From: Mobula hypostoma
Taxonomy: Eukaryota
Length of the DNA stretch: 64,000 nt
Direction: 5' to 3'
Assembly (NCBI RefSeq): GCF_963921235.1
Contig: NC_086108.1
Coordinates: 59,336,001-59,400,000 of the forward strand
Shown here in pieces: positions 50,531-62,590 of the stretch (its first letter is position 1; every line of letters begins with the position of its first letter). Position numbers and translations under genes: made by a program. A model generated the notes under the pieces. That model worked only from the letters and a program-made list of their open reading frames with translations, had not been told where the DNA came from and did no database searches.

Positions 50531-52277
50531 TGAAACTTCCCAGCTCTTAAATTTAAGATTACTAAAACTTTTACCATAGAACATATGAAAGCCCATGCCT
50601 TTTCCCTTCAAAATACTTATTTTCCCATTAAGCCAACAACGCTATAATATCTTATTATTTGAAGTTCCAAATGAAGTTTAAATATTCAATAATTTAAAAC
50701 TAGAAAAGAAAGTCATGTGCAACATAAACAAATATACACAACTTTTGCAAATCAATGTATTAGATTTATAAATTGGAGATTCTTATAACATAAATTCCCA
50801 CTACAAATCAGTAAGCAGATAATCTCAGACACACATGACAGTTTTGTTACTAAGGCTGTCTCTCAGAGGACAACAAGTCTTGGTTCCAAGATATCAATTG
50901 GTTCTGCTTTTTCCCTGTTTCCATTTACTAATAATTGCCTCCAGAGTCTTTTCAATAATTTAATACTACTAAACAGAATCAAAGGTACACCATTAAAAAG
51001 ATTCATTATTAAAGGAATTGCTACAAACATTTGGACCATTTTAAGCTTACAACAATTATTAAAACTTAGAAAGCTTTCCACACAAAATGTTCAAGTTACA
51101 ACATAAGGTATCTATTTTATACTAATTAATGTGAAATTATAAATATAATTGAAAGGCAAAGTTTGTGTAAGAAAAGAAAATGTTATTCCGAGCGGTAGAT
51201 GGTAAACTTATTTAAAACTGTGCAATTTCCTTATACCAATGGACTAAATTTACAAGATTATCATAATCTTTAACATAACTTTGTTTAATTCCAAGCTGAA
51301 ACATAAATTGTAGTTTCTAAGTGTCCCCACTGCCTCTAAGTAACTTACTCAAGTAGCCATTATCTACAGGTGCCTCTGGACAGCAAGAATGAGAGCAGTA
51401 ATTGATCTTGCATTTTGTTACAGCTGAGCTCATCTCTGCAGTTTGTGCTGTACTGGAGAGCAAACATGCTTTTTTTGCCAAAACTTAACTGTCTCTAGCT
51501 CAGGGATTGAGAGGCTGATTAATTATGAGAAAAGTCAAGAGCTTGAAAGGCCATTCATCCATTAAAGGTCATCAATTTCATATACACAGTGTTGTGTAAG
51601 GCTGTTTGGAAAAAAAAATCTAAAATGCTTGTTTTTCATTCTGGAGCAGAATTTAACCAGCCGTTATCACTTTGAGCAAAGAGGGTGATTGTGAACCATC
51701 AGCGGCTTGCTGGAAGAGTGAATGATTAGCAAATGAAAACTAAGCCTGGGAGAGAGATATCTCGTGGCTTCCTACCTCCTTTTCTTTACAAAGTTCTCAG
51801 AAAATTGTGCTCACTTAATTCAAGCCTTGAATACATAATTTAAACATTTTGTTTTACTTCATCAGTCTTCTTAGCCCTGAGCTCTGCAAATCTGTGTAAA
51901 ATCAACTCTGACCTTTCACCTCACTCTCTTATGATTCCTCCTGAAACTTCTGACTGAGCTTTTAGCCGCCCCTGATAGCAGCTGTGATTTTGTAGAATGA
52001 TGTTGGAGTTGCTGCTAGCTTTCCCCCATCACTACCTCATTAAACTCACAGCAATTTCAGCACTTGAACAAAAAATATAAAATGCAATGTCATTACTTTT
52101 CCCTCTGCTACTAGAAAGCAGTCCCACATTGGACTCAACATGGATTCCAGAATAGTTTATAAGGCCAACACCTGCAAAGTGACTTCTAAAGAAAATATTA
52201 CAGCAGGTCTTATTAAAGTGCCCAGGTATTCTCCTGTTGATCTTAATGGAAAGGAGTATAAGAGACAGTAATACTCA

Positions 52278-53020
52278 CCATATCCCTTGATCCCCTGACC
52301 AATCAGGAATCTATCAACTTCCCCTTTAAATATACCCACAGACTTGATCTCCACAGCCGTCTGTGACAGAGCATTCCATAGATTCACCAGTCTTTGGCTA
52401 AAAAAAATTCCTCCTTACCTCTGTTCTGAAAGGTCACTCCTCAATTTTGAGGTTGTGCCCTCTAGCTCTATATGTAATGCGGAAGCTTTATAAGGCATTG
52501 CTCAGACCACACTTGGAATATTGTAAGCAGTTTTGAGCCCCTTATTGAAGAAAGGATTTGCTGGCACTAGAGAGTCCAGAAGAGGTTCACAAAAATTATT
52601 CCAGGAATAAAAGTGTTAACATTTGAGAAAGTTTGATGGTTCTGGGCCTGTACTCACTGGAGTTGAGAAGAATGAGAAGAGATCTTATTGATACCTGTTG
52701 AACATTGAAATGTCTGGGTAGATTGGAGAGGATGCGTTCTGTATTGGGGGGGTCTAAGACCAGAGAGCATAATCTCAGAATTGAGGACCATCCATTTAGA
52801 ACAGAGATGAGGTATTTTTCTTTTTTAGCCAGAGGGTAGTGAATCTGTAGGATTATATACTGTGTCTTTAGGTATACTTAAGGCAGAAGCTGATGTGTTC
52901 TTGGTTAATCAGGAAGTCAAAGGTTACAGGGAGAAGGATAATAAATCAGTCATTGTGGATGGCAGAGCAGTTTCGATGGCCAGAATGGAATATTTCTTCT
53001 TTTACGTCTTATGGTCTTAT
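52278..53020. mobile_element. Two CR1 3' fragments joined head to head (minus ~52278-52470, plus ~52475-53020)
   Basis: Minus: MNLWNALSQTAVEIKSVGIFKGEVDRFL. Plus: LYKALLRPHLEYCKQF through to a CTTATGGTCTTA tail. Confidence 0.8.
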
Positions 53021-53882
53021 CCTCAACCCATCTGAGATTCTGCCAGCAAGAGTCATGAGTGTGAAGAGACTAGAGCAGCAGGCTAAGCACAGATCCTTGA
53101 AGTACACCTGTGTTGATTGTCAGAAAGGAGAAGTTATTTCCAATTTGCACTGACTAGGGTCTCACTGCATGCGTATGGTCACCAAGGAGGAGATGTTATT
53201 TCTGCTCTGCACTGAATGTAACCTCTATAAGGGTAAGCTACTATTCCTTATCTTTTTATATAACTAGGAAACATATTGACCTACTCCCCAGATTTAGCTC
53301 CTTGCACCCGAACCTCTGCATTTGCATACGATCATACTAGTCCTGTAGAGATGCACAGGTTGCCTTTGGGCCCCCAGTCCTGGGGTTGGACAGTCTGGCC
53401 TGAGCCACAGCATCATTGAGGTTCTGCACATGTGATCTTTCAGAGCCGTTCCCCTGAAATTCTGCCAGATAGTTTAATCAGTGTCCTGAAGAGTTTCCTA
53501 ACCTTCCCATTCCACCACACCCTCTCCACACCACATCTCCAATACTTTGCTTCCCAAAGTTCTCTCCCAAGAGAAATTTGGACAGAATTTTATCTATCTG
53601 CCACTCCCCTCTCATCACTGCAACATCCATTTCATTCGGCAGCAACACTGCCCTGCAGCTGGGAGATTGTTGCATATATTGTGATATATTACCTTAATAT
53701 ACTATTAAACTTGATAACAATTTGCAAAACATCAATAAGGATATATAAGGCCACATTGTCATGGTCCGGTCCATGAAATCCGCATTCCGGTTTATGGTCC
53801 GGTCCATGCTCCTTATTCCAGGTTTCCCGGTTTTCCCCAGTTTCTGTTGAGGCAGCTGATTCTCGTTTGGACTGGCTTCAAA

Positions 53883-56264
53883 GTAGGTAATGGAAACAGA
53901 AGAGAGGAAATTGGCGGTAATGCACCATTAAGCTGGATGCCAACCGCCGTAAAACAAGATACAGACAGAAGAGAGGAAATTGTGTGGACCCACTAGCTAC
54001 AGACCAATTGCATTAACATCAAGTATATGTAAGATAATGGAAAGGATGAATACAGAAAGGTTATCATATGAGCTTGAGAAAAGGGGAATGCTGGCAAGTT
54101 ATCAGAGTGGTTTTAGAAAGGGAAGGAATTCCATGGACTCTGATTATGTTAGAGACTGAAATAAGGAAGGCCCAGGCAAATAGAGAGTCAGTAGTGGCAG
54201 TGTTCTTTGACATTGAAAAAGCCTATGATATGATGCGGAAGGAAGGATTATTAATTAAACTGCACAAGATGGGGGTTGGTGGGAGAGTTTTTAATTAGAT
54301 TAAAGATTTTTTGTTTGGTAGAAAAATTCAAGTTCGGATTGGATCAGAATTATCAAAACAGTACATAGTGGAAAATGGCACACCTCAAGGTAGTGTGATT
54401 AGCCCATTACTTTTCATGATTATGATCAATGATGTCTTCACGAAGGTACCAGTGGATATAGGTAGGTCACTGTTTGCGGATGATGGGGCCTTGTGGAAAA
54501 GAGGCAGGAACATGGACCATATAATCAGGAAACTACAAGAAGCAATTGATGAAGTGGTGGAGTGGGGTTATGATTGGGGATGTAGATTTTCAGTAGACAA
54601 AACTCAATCTGTATTTTTTTTACCAGGAAAAGGGTTGAGATAGGGAAGAAGTTAAGGATGTATGGGGTTGAATTAGAAAGGGTTGCATCATTTAAATTTC
54701 TGGGAGTTATATTTGATTCACGATTAACATGGGCAGACCATATCAGGAAAGTTGAGGAGAAATGTAAAAAAGTAATAAATGTGATGAGATGTTTGACTGG
54801 TAGGGAATGGGGAGCAAGTTGTTCAGCTTTGAAGAGAATGTATGTGGCTTTAGTAAGATCTGTATTGGATTATGGAAATATAGTATATGGATCAGCAGCT
54901 AGGTCTCTTATAAGGAAACTGGATGTGATTCAGGCTCAGGCCTTGAGAGTGTGTAGTGGGGCTTTTAAAACGTCACCAGTGTCAGCCCTACAGGTAGAAA
55001 TGGGAATAATGCCTTTGGAACTAAGAAGGATGCAACTGATGGCAAACTACTGGGCTAACTTGCAGGGGCACAATGATTCTCACCCTACTAAAGGAGTGTT
55101 GCAGGAGTGCTGGGAAAATGGGAGGTTTCAGAGGGATACCTTTAGTCGGGTAGGGAATGATATCGCGAAAGAATGTGGAGTATTTGATCTGAGGATAAGT
55201 CCTTCAGTAGTTTATCCGGTTGTAGCTCCATGGAAGCTTGTATGGCTTGACATAGACTGGCATTTGTTAGAGGTAAAAAGGAAAGAAAGATATAAAACAG
55301 ATTTGGTAAATGCATTTAACTGTCATGTGATGGAAAAGTATAGTGATTATACTCACATTTATACGGATGGTGCGAAGGAACCTGAAACAGGAGTGACAGG
55401 GTTTGGGGTGGTAATACCAGCAAAAGAAATTGGAATCAGCAGAAGAACATCTAATAAGTTAGGAGTGTTTACAGTGGAGATGCTGGCGGTGTTGGTTGCG
55501 TTGCAATGGGTGCAGAAAGCCAGACAAGTCAAAGCATTGATATGTTCAGATTCATCCTCAGTTCTAGCAAGTTTAAGGTCTTTTCACACAAACAGTCGGC
55601 AAGATGTACTTTATGAAGTCCTTCAGTTAGTTACAAGGATTGCAAACACAGGGAGGTCAGGTAAAATTTCTATGGGTTCCAGCACATGTAGGGGTGAAGG
55701 GGAATGAGAGGGTGGATGAGTTGGCAAAGAGGGCGTTAAAGAAAGAAAATGTGGAAATGCACATTAGTATCAGTAAAGCAGAGGTTAAGTGTGTAATCTG
55801 GGAAAAAGTCAACCGAATGTGGCAAGAAACATGGGACAGGGAGGGGAAAGGGAGGCATTTATATCAAATACAAAAGAGTGTTGCAGTTACTAGGGTAGGT
55901 AATGGAAACAGAAGAGAGGAAATTGTGTGGACTAGGTTAAGGCTGGGGCATTGTGCATTAAACAAAACATTGAAAATGATAGGGAAATACCAGACAGGAT
56001 TGTCTGAGGAATGTCAGGAAGAGGAGTCAGTAGAACATGTAGTTTTGTGTTGCAGGAAGTATGGGATACAGAGAGAGATGATGAGAAATAAATTAAGGGA
56101 GTTGGGGATGCAGGAATTCACATTAAAAGGGTTGCTGGGTATGGGTGAGAGAGCACAAGTCCGGGTATTTTTAGTGTTTTTAAGGGGTACAGGGGTTTTT
56201 TATAGAATATGATGAATAAACAGGAATAGGATACTAGGATGGTCAAAGATGGGAGGGTGAAGTG

Positions 56265-56308
<44 letters not shown>

Positions 56309-56436
56309 CGCACGCGATTGGGTGAAGGGATTTAGAATGTATGTCTAGTGCACATTCTGGAGCAGAGGGTGGCAGTAATGCACGATTAAGCTGGATGCCA
56401 ACTGCCGTAAAACAAGATACAGAGAGAGAGAGAGAG
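53883..56436 (+). mobile_element. I-clade (Nimb-like) LINE, 5'-truncated: RT, RNase H and C-terminal Cys/His region
   Basis: SYRPIALTS, FFDIEKAYD, GTPQGSVISP, LFADD, RNase H (IYTDGAK...E...SDS...WVPAHVGVKGNERVD), RLRLGH...C...H...C. The 3' UTR has (GT)n, a hairpin and an (AG)n tail. A few frameshifts and stops. Confidence 0.92.
56268..56305. repeat. (GT)n microsatellite in the LINE 3' UTR
   Basis: Read directly from the sequence. Confidence 0.95.
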
Positions 56437-57180
56437 CCTCTGGTTGCTGGATTGTTCCTGTCCTAACCCCCTATCTGAATCACTTCTCTGCCCCTTCCTC
56501 CTGAAGTCTTGCCATGCCCCTGCAACCTGTGTCTGAAGCCTCGCCTTGCCTCGCCCCGCCCCGCCTGGTCTGAAGCCTCACTTCGCCTCGTCTGAAATCT
56601 TGCCTCGCCTGTAACCCTCCCCTGCACTGCTGTCAAGTTCCATAGCTGGAGCAAGATAAGGAACTGTCTATTGTTGTTTTGAACTGTCTCTGTGTCCACG
56701 CCTTTGCTAGGTAGATCCGCCTTGTGTTGGGTACTGTCTTGTTGTGTTCTGTGTATGAGTCCCAGCCCTACGTCCTGTTTCCAAGGAGGGGTCCTGGCTC
56801 TGTGTTCCATGTTCCTGTCTCTCCCTCGACCTAGTCAAGGCTTTGGGGTCTTGTCCAGTCCTAGCTACGATCCTAGAACCTTGTTTTGTCGAAGCTACGG
56901 CTTTGTGTTCTGATCTTGTCCATGTGTTTCGCCCAGCCCAGAAGTACCTTGCCCAGCCTGGTGCTGGGGTTCCCTTGTCCTGTCCAGCAGTCTCCAGTCC
57001 AGTCCTGTTGCCTCTCCTCGTCCAGTAGCCATGTCTTGTCCTCACCTAGTTCTGGAATCCGAGCCTAAGTCAAGTTCCAGGTTCTGGGCCCTTGCCCAAT
57101 CTCTGGCTCGGAGTCCATACCCAAGCCTCGTCGTGTCCTCGCCTCGAGGAACCCAAGCCTCGTCGTGTCCTCGCCTCGAT

Positions 57181-57963
57181 CGACTCCCCTTCCTTTTGAT
57201 TCCACTTATGCAACCTAAAACGTTCTGCAATCAACAATAGTTTGATTCTAAACGTTCCTGCATTACTTTCATGATACCAGCAAAGCTCAATTCAGCTGCT
57301 TTGGTTGAAGCAGTCAAATTTTTAAGCAAACTGCATAGTTTTAAATCCAATGCACTCAGCAAAGTTGGCACTCACTTCTCATTGGCTATTCCATTTACTT
57401 TAAAATACTGCCCAATCTGCTCAGTATACAATATCCAGTTATTTCTTGTGTAATCAATCGTGCTAATCTTTCCAATGTAGCCAGAAATTTCTGGGTTTCT
57501 TTTATGATTATTATCACCTGGTACTCACTGTTTATAATCCTGTGAATTCTTCTGTTTTCTGCCTTTTACTCAATCATTTTTCTTTTTGCAAAGAAAATGT
57601 GCTACTTCAAAGAAAAATGTGTTGAGCTTTTCAAACTCAACTGTTTCTCACTGGTTTAAAGTTTGTGCATCACACTGCGCTTCAACAGGTAGGTAGTCAT
57701 CTGGGGTTTGTATTAAAGCTTCCTCATCGTCAGTGTTATTTTTTGTAACACCAATACATACAAACTAATTGAAAAGAAAATAAATGAGCCAAGAGAAGTG
57801 GTGCACATTGTTTTTAATTTTAATGAGACATGAATGTATGTCTGAATGTAATGGTGTCCTGAATTATGCAAGTCACTTATTTTTACATGTAACCCAGAAT
57901 GAATTACCTAAATGAAAAAAATGCTTAATAAAACAATATATTTACAATATTAAATTCACAACA
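57181..57963 (-). mobile_element. Truncated second Gypsy element: 5' LTR (~57734-57963), degenerate PBS and 5' part of gag
   Basis: Manual minus-strand translation GYIGKIST...NWILYTEQIGQYFKVNGIANEK*VPTLLSAL...LLKNLTASTK...IAERFRLHKWNQKEGES is Gypsy gag-like. LTR has TG...CA ends; PBS-like TGACGATGAGG at 57722-32. Confidence 0.8.
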
Positions 57964-57994
57964 AACTTGAGAAACCATTTTACTTTTACTGCAT

Positions 57995-58297
57995 ATTCAT
58001 AGGACTTAGGCATTGCAGATCGGATCAGTCTCTATTGCCCGTCCCTTGATTGAATTGGGCAGGTAGACCATTTCTGAAGCCAGTTAAAGGTCTGCTGTAC
58101 CACATTCTGGTTAAATAATGTTAATGAGCCTGACAGATTTGCAAATTAACACAATAGCTTCATGGTCATCAATAGTGGCACTACCATTTTATTCAAGAAT
58201 TAAAATTCTCCATATTACTGTGGAATTTGAATATCTGCCCCTCGATTACGTATCCAAGTATTTGGATTGCTTGTCCAATAACAAAACTACTATGTTG
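57995..58297 (-). mobile_element. Old tRNA-derived SINE
   Basis: The minus strand has decayed A/B-box-like motifs (ATAGTAGTTTTGTTATTGGAC; ATTCAAATTCCAC) and a LINE-like tail. Recognised by resemblance to recalled shark SINEs. Confidence 0.5.
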
Positions 58298-58409
58298 AAG
58301 AAATATCTTATTCTGGAAAAAATACAGTTTATCCCAAATACATTTTTGAGAATTCGGATTTTTACTTTATGAAATTGAAGAATACAGTTTTTTGGACACA
58401 AATGTGCAA

Positions 58410-61400
58410 TATAAAGTGAGAAGTGCATCAAACTGCAGCTTCTAACAATCTGTGTTAAGGAGTTGGAGCTGGAACTGGATGCACCCCTGGTCATTCACGA
58501 GGCTGAGGGTGTGATGGATAGGATATTTAGGGAGGAGGTTACACCCAAGGCACAGGAAACTGGGTGAGAGTCAGGAATGGGAAAGGGGTTAAGGTGCCAG
58601 TTCAGAGTACCCCAGTGGCCATCCCACTCAAGAACAGATATAACCCATTGGATACTGTCGGGGAGTGGGGGAATGACCTAACAGCAGAAAGTCACAGTGG
58701 TTGGGTCTCTGGCAATGAGTCTGCCTCTGTGACTCAGATGGGAAGGGGGAAAGAAAAGGCACACTGTGGTGATAGAGGATTCATTTGTTAGGGAAACAGA
58801 CAGAAGGTTCTATGGACAAGAACAAGATTCACAGATGGTATGTTGTCTCCTGGATGCCAGGGTCCAGGACATCTCAGATTGAGTCCTCAGCTTCTCAACT
58901 GGGAAGGTGAACAGCCAGAAGTCATGGTCTATGTATGTACCAAATGACATAGGTAGTCAAACGACCAGGTTCTACACATGGAGTTCAGGGAGTTAGGTGC
59001 TACATTAAAGGACATGACTTCCAGGGTTGTGATCTCATTGCTACCCATGCCACAAGCTAGTGAGGCTAGAACTTAGGAAGACTACTGTTTAATATATGGC
59101 TAAGGAGTTGGTATAGGAGGGAAGGTATAAGATTTTTTGATCATTGGTTTTTCGTCCAGGGAAGGTGGGACCTGTACAGAAGGAACAGTTTGCACCTGAA
59201 CTGGCGGGGGACTAACATACTAGCATGAAGATTTGTTAATGCTGCACAGTGGGGTTTAAACTAGAGTTGTAGGGGGATGGGAACCAGAGTGCCAGTACAG
59301 TCAGAGGTTACAGAGGCAGATGTTAGTAGGACCACAAAGTTAAGAATCAAAAGGTTGAGAATGGTGATACAAAATCGAAAAGGATGAATACAGGGCTGAA
59401 GATGTTGTATCTGAATACACGCAGTGTTACAGAGTAAGACATGAACTTGCAGCACAGTTGCAGATCGGTAGGTATGATATAGGTATCATGGAGTCATGGC
59501 TGAAAGATTATAGCTGGGAGCTTAATATTCAAGGATACACATTGCATTGAAAGGACAGGCAGGAAGGCAGAGGGGGAGGTATTGCTTTGTTGGTAAAAAA
59601 ATGAAATCAAATCATTAGAAAGAGGTGACATAGGGCTGGAAGGTGTTGAATCATTGTGGAAAGATCTAAGGAACTCCAAGGGTAAAAAGACCTTTATACG
59701 GACCCCAAAACAGTAGTAAGGTTGTTGTCTACAAATTACAATGGGAGATAGAAAATGCATGCCAAAACAGCAGTGTTACAATAATCACAGGGGACTTCAA
59801 TATGCAGGTAGATTGGGAAAATCAGGTTGGTGCTGGATTACAAGTGGGGAATTTTCTAGAGTGGCCATGAGATAGCTTTTCAGAGCTTATTGTGGTTGAG
59901 CCCACGAGAGGATCAGCTCTTCTGGATTGGGTGTTGCGCAATGAACCAGAATTGATCAGGGAGTTTAAGGTTAAAGAACCCATAGGGACAAGTGATCATA
60001 ATATGATTGAATTCACCGTGAAATTTGAGAAGGAGAAACTGAGGTCAGATGTATCAGTATTACAGTGGAGTAAAAGGAATTACAGAGGCATGAGAGAGGA
60101 GTTGGCCAGAATTAATTGGAAAAGAACACTGGCAGGAATGATGGCAGAGCAGCAACGCATGGAATTTCTGAAAGCAATTCAGAAGGCACAGGATATATAC
60201 ATCACAAAGAGGAACAAGTATTCTAAAGGAAACGGCTAACGAGAAGTCAAAGCCAACATAAAAGTCAAAGACAGGGCATATAATAGAGCACAGATTAGTG
60301 GGAGGTAATTGAGAAGTTAGGGATAGAATACGAAAGTAAGCCAGCCAATAATATTAAAGAGGATACCAAAAGTTTCTTCAGGTGCTTAAAATATAAAAGA
60401 GAGGCGAGAGTGGATATTGGACCATTAGAAAATGATGCTAGAGAAGTAGTAACGGGGGACAATGAAATAGTGAATGATCTGAATAAATATTTTGCCTTAA
60501 TCTTAACTGTGGAAGACACTAGCAGTATGATGGAAGTTCCAGGTGTTAGGGGCCATGAAGTTACCATAAATAGAGAGAAGATTCTTGGGAAATTGGAAGC
60601 TCAGAAGGTAGATTAGTCACTGGGACCGGATGGTCTACACCCTAGAGTTCTGAAAGAGATGGCTGAAGAGATCGTAGAGGTACTTGTAATGATCTTTCAA
60701 GAATCACTAGATTCTGGAGTGGTTCTGGAAAACTGGAAAATTGCAAATGTCTATCCACTCTTCAAGAAGGGAGACAGGCAGAGGAAAGATAATGATAGGC
60801 CTATTAGTCCAACCTCGGTGATGGTAGTTGATTATTAAGAATGAGGTCTTAGGGTACTTGGAGGCACATAATAAAATAGGTCGTAGTCAGCATGGTTTCC
60901 TCAAGGGAAAATCTTACCTGACAAACTTGTTGGGATTCTTTGAAGAAGTAACAAGAAGGATAGACAAAGAAAAATTGGTTGATGTTGTGTACTTGGATTT
61001 TCAGAAGGCCTTTGACCAGGTGCCACATAGGATTACAGGAAAGATTCTAGCATGGATAAAGCAGTGGCTGATTGACAGGAGGCAAACAGTGGGAAAGGTT
61101 TTTTTTTCTGATTAGCTGACGGTGACTAGTGGTTTTCCACAGGGATCTGTGTTGGGACTGATTCTTTTTACATTATATGTCAATGATTTGGATGATGGAA
61201 TTGATGGTCTTGTAGCAAAGTTTGCAGATGAACAAAGATAGGTGGAGTGGCAGGTAGTTCTGAGGAAGTAGAAAGGCTACAGAAGGACAGGTAGATTAGG
61301 AGAATGGGCAAAGAAATGGCAGGTGGAATACAGTGTCGGGAGGTGTATGGTCATGCACCTTGATAGAAGAAATGAAAGGGTTAACTATTTTCTAAATGGA

Positions 61401-61683
61401 CAGAAAATACAAAAAAACTGAAGTTCAAGGGGACTTGGGAGTCCTTGTGCAGGATCCCCAAAAGGTTAGTTTGCCAGTTGAGTCTGTGGTGAGGAAGGCA
61501 AATCCAATGTTAGCATACATTTCAAGAGGACTAGAATATAAAAGCAGGGATGTGATGCTTTATAAGGTGCTGGTGAGGCTTCACCTTGAGTATCGTGAAC
61601 AGCTTTGGGCTCCTCATCTAAGAAAAGATGTGCTGGCATTGGAGAGAGTTCAGAGGAGGCTCACAGGGATGATTCCAGAAACG
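58410..61683 (+). mobile_element. Long decayed CR1: ORF1 (coiled coil and SGNH-esterase-like) and ORF2 (endonuclease, RT), 3' end missing
   Basis: VKELELELD; VIEDSFVRETDRRF (GDS-like block); YLNTRS; GDFN; EPTRGSALLD; SDHNMIEF; SQHGFLKGKS; YLDFQKAFD; FAD; LERVQRRLT. Confidence 0.92.
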
Positions 61684-61687
61684 TCTT

Positions 61688-61884
61688 AGTCTGACCTTCA
61701 CTACAGTACTGAGGGATTGCTGCATTGTTGAAGGCGAAGTCTTATGGTCAAGGTTTTAAACCAAGGTCCTGTCTCCTCTCTCAAATGAGCATAAATGATC
61801 CCCAAGCATCTGAGCATCAATAGTGGAGGTATACCTATCATCTTAGCTAACAGTTCATACTCAATCAACTTCACAAAAAAACAG
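61688..61884 (+). mobile_element. DeuSINE (SacSINE1/AmnSINE1-like Deu-domain) fragment
   Basis: CAGTACTGAGGGATTGCTGCATTGTTGAAGG...TTAAACCAAGGTCCTGTCT...GATCCC...CTCAATCAACTTCACAAAAAAACAG follows my recollection of the Deu-domain consensus. Not checked by alignment. Confidence 0.7.
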
Positions 61885-62021
61885 GTCCTCCCCTGCTTAC
61901 AACAGGGTTCTATTATCCAAAAACGGTGCAAGCTGAAAATGCAGCTGCAAACCCAGGAAGCAGAAGACACTTGCAACTTCACAAGAGCTGATAAATCCGT
62001 TGCGCCAATCTGCCAAACTCA

Positions 62022-62590
62022 GGCCTAAGGTAGAAGGAGTCAATTTTAGAAAACCTAGCGCATTTATTTTTCCTACATATGCACACTTAGTCCAGTGGTC
62101 TTGGAGCATACGGATCCCTTCTTTGTAGAAGTGGTCCACAGCAGGGGTGATTGATAAGTTTGTGGCCTAAGGTAGAAGGATATGAGTTATTAACTTCAAA
62201 CTTTCTGCATTATCACTCAAAGAATTGAACTGCATGTGCATGTAACGAGAGCGTCTTGGACCCCCAGGTGGTCCACAGCAGGGGTAATTGAGAAGTTCGT
62301 GGCCTTAGGTAGAAGGAGATGAGTTATACAGCTCTCGTTGCATGCATGTGCAGCTCAACTCTTTAAGTGAAAATGCAGAAAGTTTGAAGTTAATAACATA
62401 GGCCATGAACTTATCAATCACCCCTGCTGTGGACCACTTTCTGGAGGTCCAAGACGCCGACTTCCACAAAGTAGGAATCCATATGCTCCACGACCGCTGG
62501 ACTACGTGTGTAAATGTAGGAAAAATAAGTGTGCTAGGTTTTCTAAAGTTGACGCCTATCTTAGGCCACGAACTTATCAATCACCCCTCG
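62022..62590. mobile_element. Mariner-derived nested MITE (copy 2, opposite orientation, left terminus lost)
   Basis: Same modules as 49870-50490. Right end TCAATCACCCCTCG followed by TA at 62591-92. ORF-track peptides FYKEGIRMLQDHWTKC and FHKVGIHMLHDRWTTC. Confidence 0.88.

Larger units (their letters stand above)
53757..57180 (+). mobile_element. Probable LTR-like element, interrupted by the I-clade LINE and truncated on the right
   Basis: Starts TGTCA. Pyrimidine-rich with short internal tandem repeats (TGAAGCCTCGCC; CCAAGCCTCGTCGTGTCCTCGCCTCGA twice at ~57121-57179). No right-hand CA terminus or TSD found. Confidence 0.5.

Noticed and set aside
52278..53020. Twin-priming inversion of a single CR1
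   Set aside because: The two pieces cover overlapping consensus regions and differ in sequence, which fits two separate insertions better; no TSD found.
56460..57240. Cluster of overlapping ORFs on both strands
   Set aside because: GC-rich repetitive LTR-like sequence gives open frames by chance; no domain motifs.
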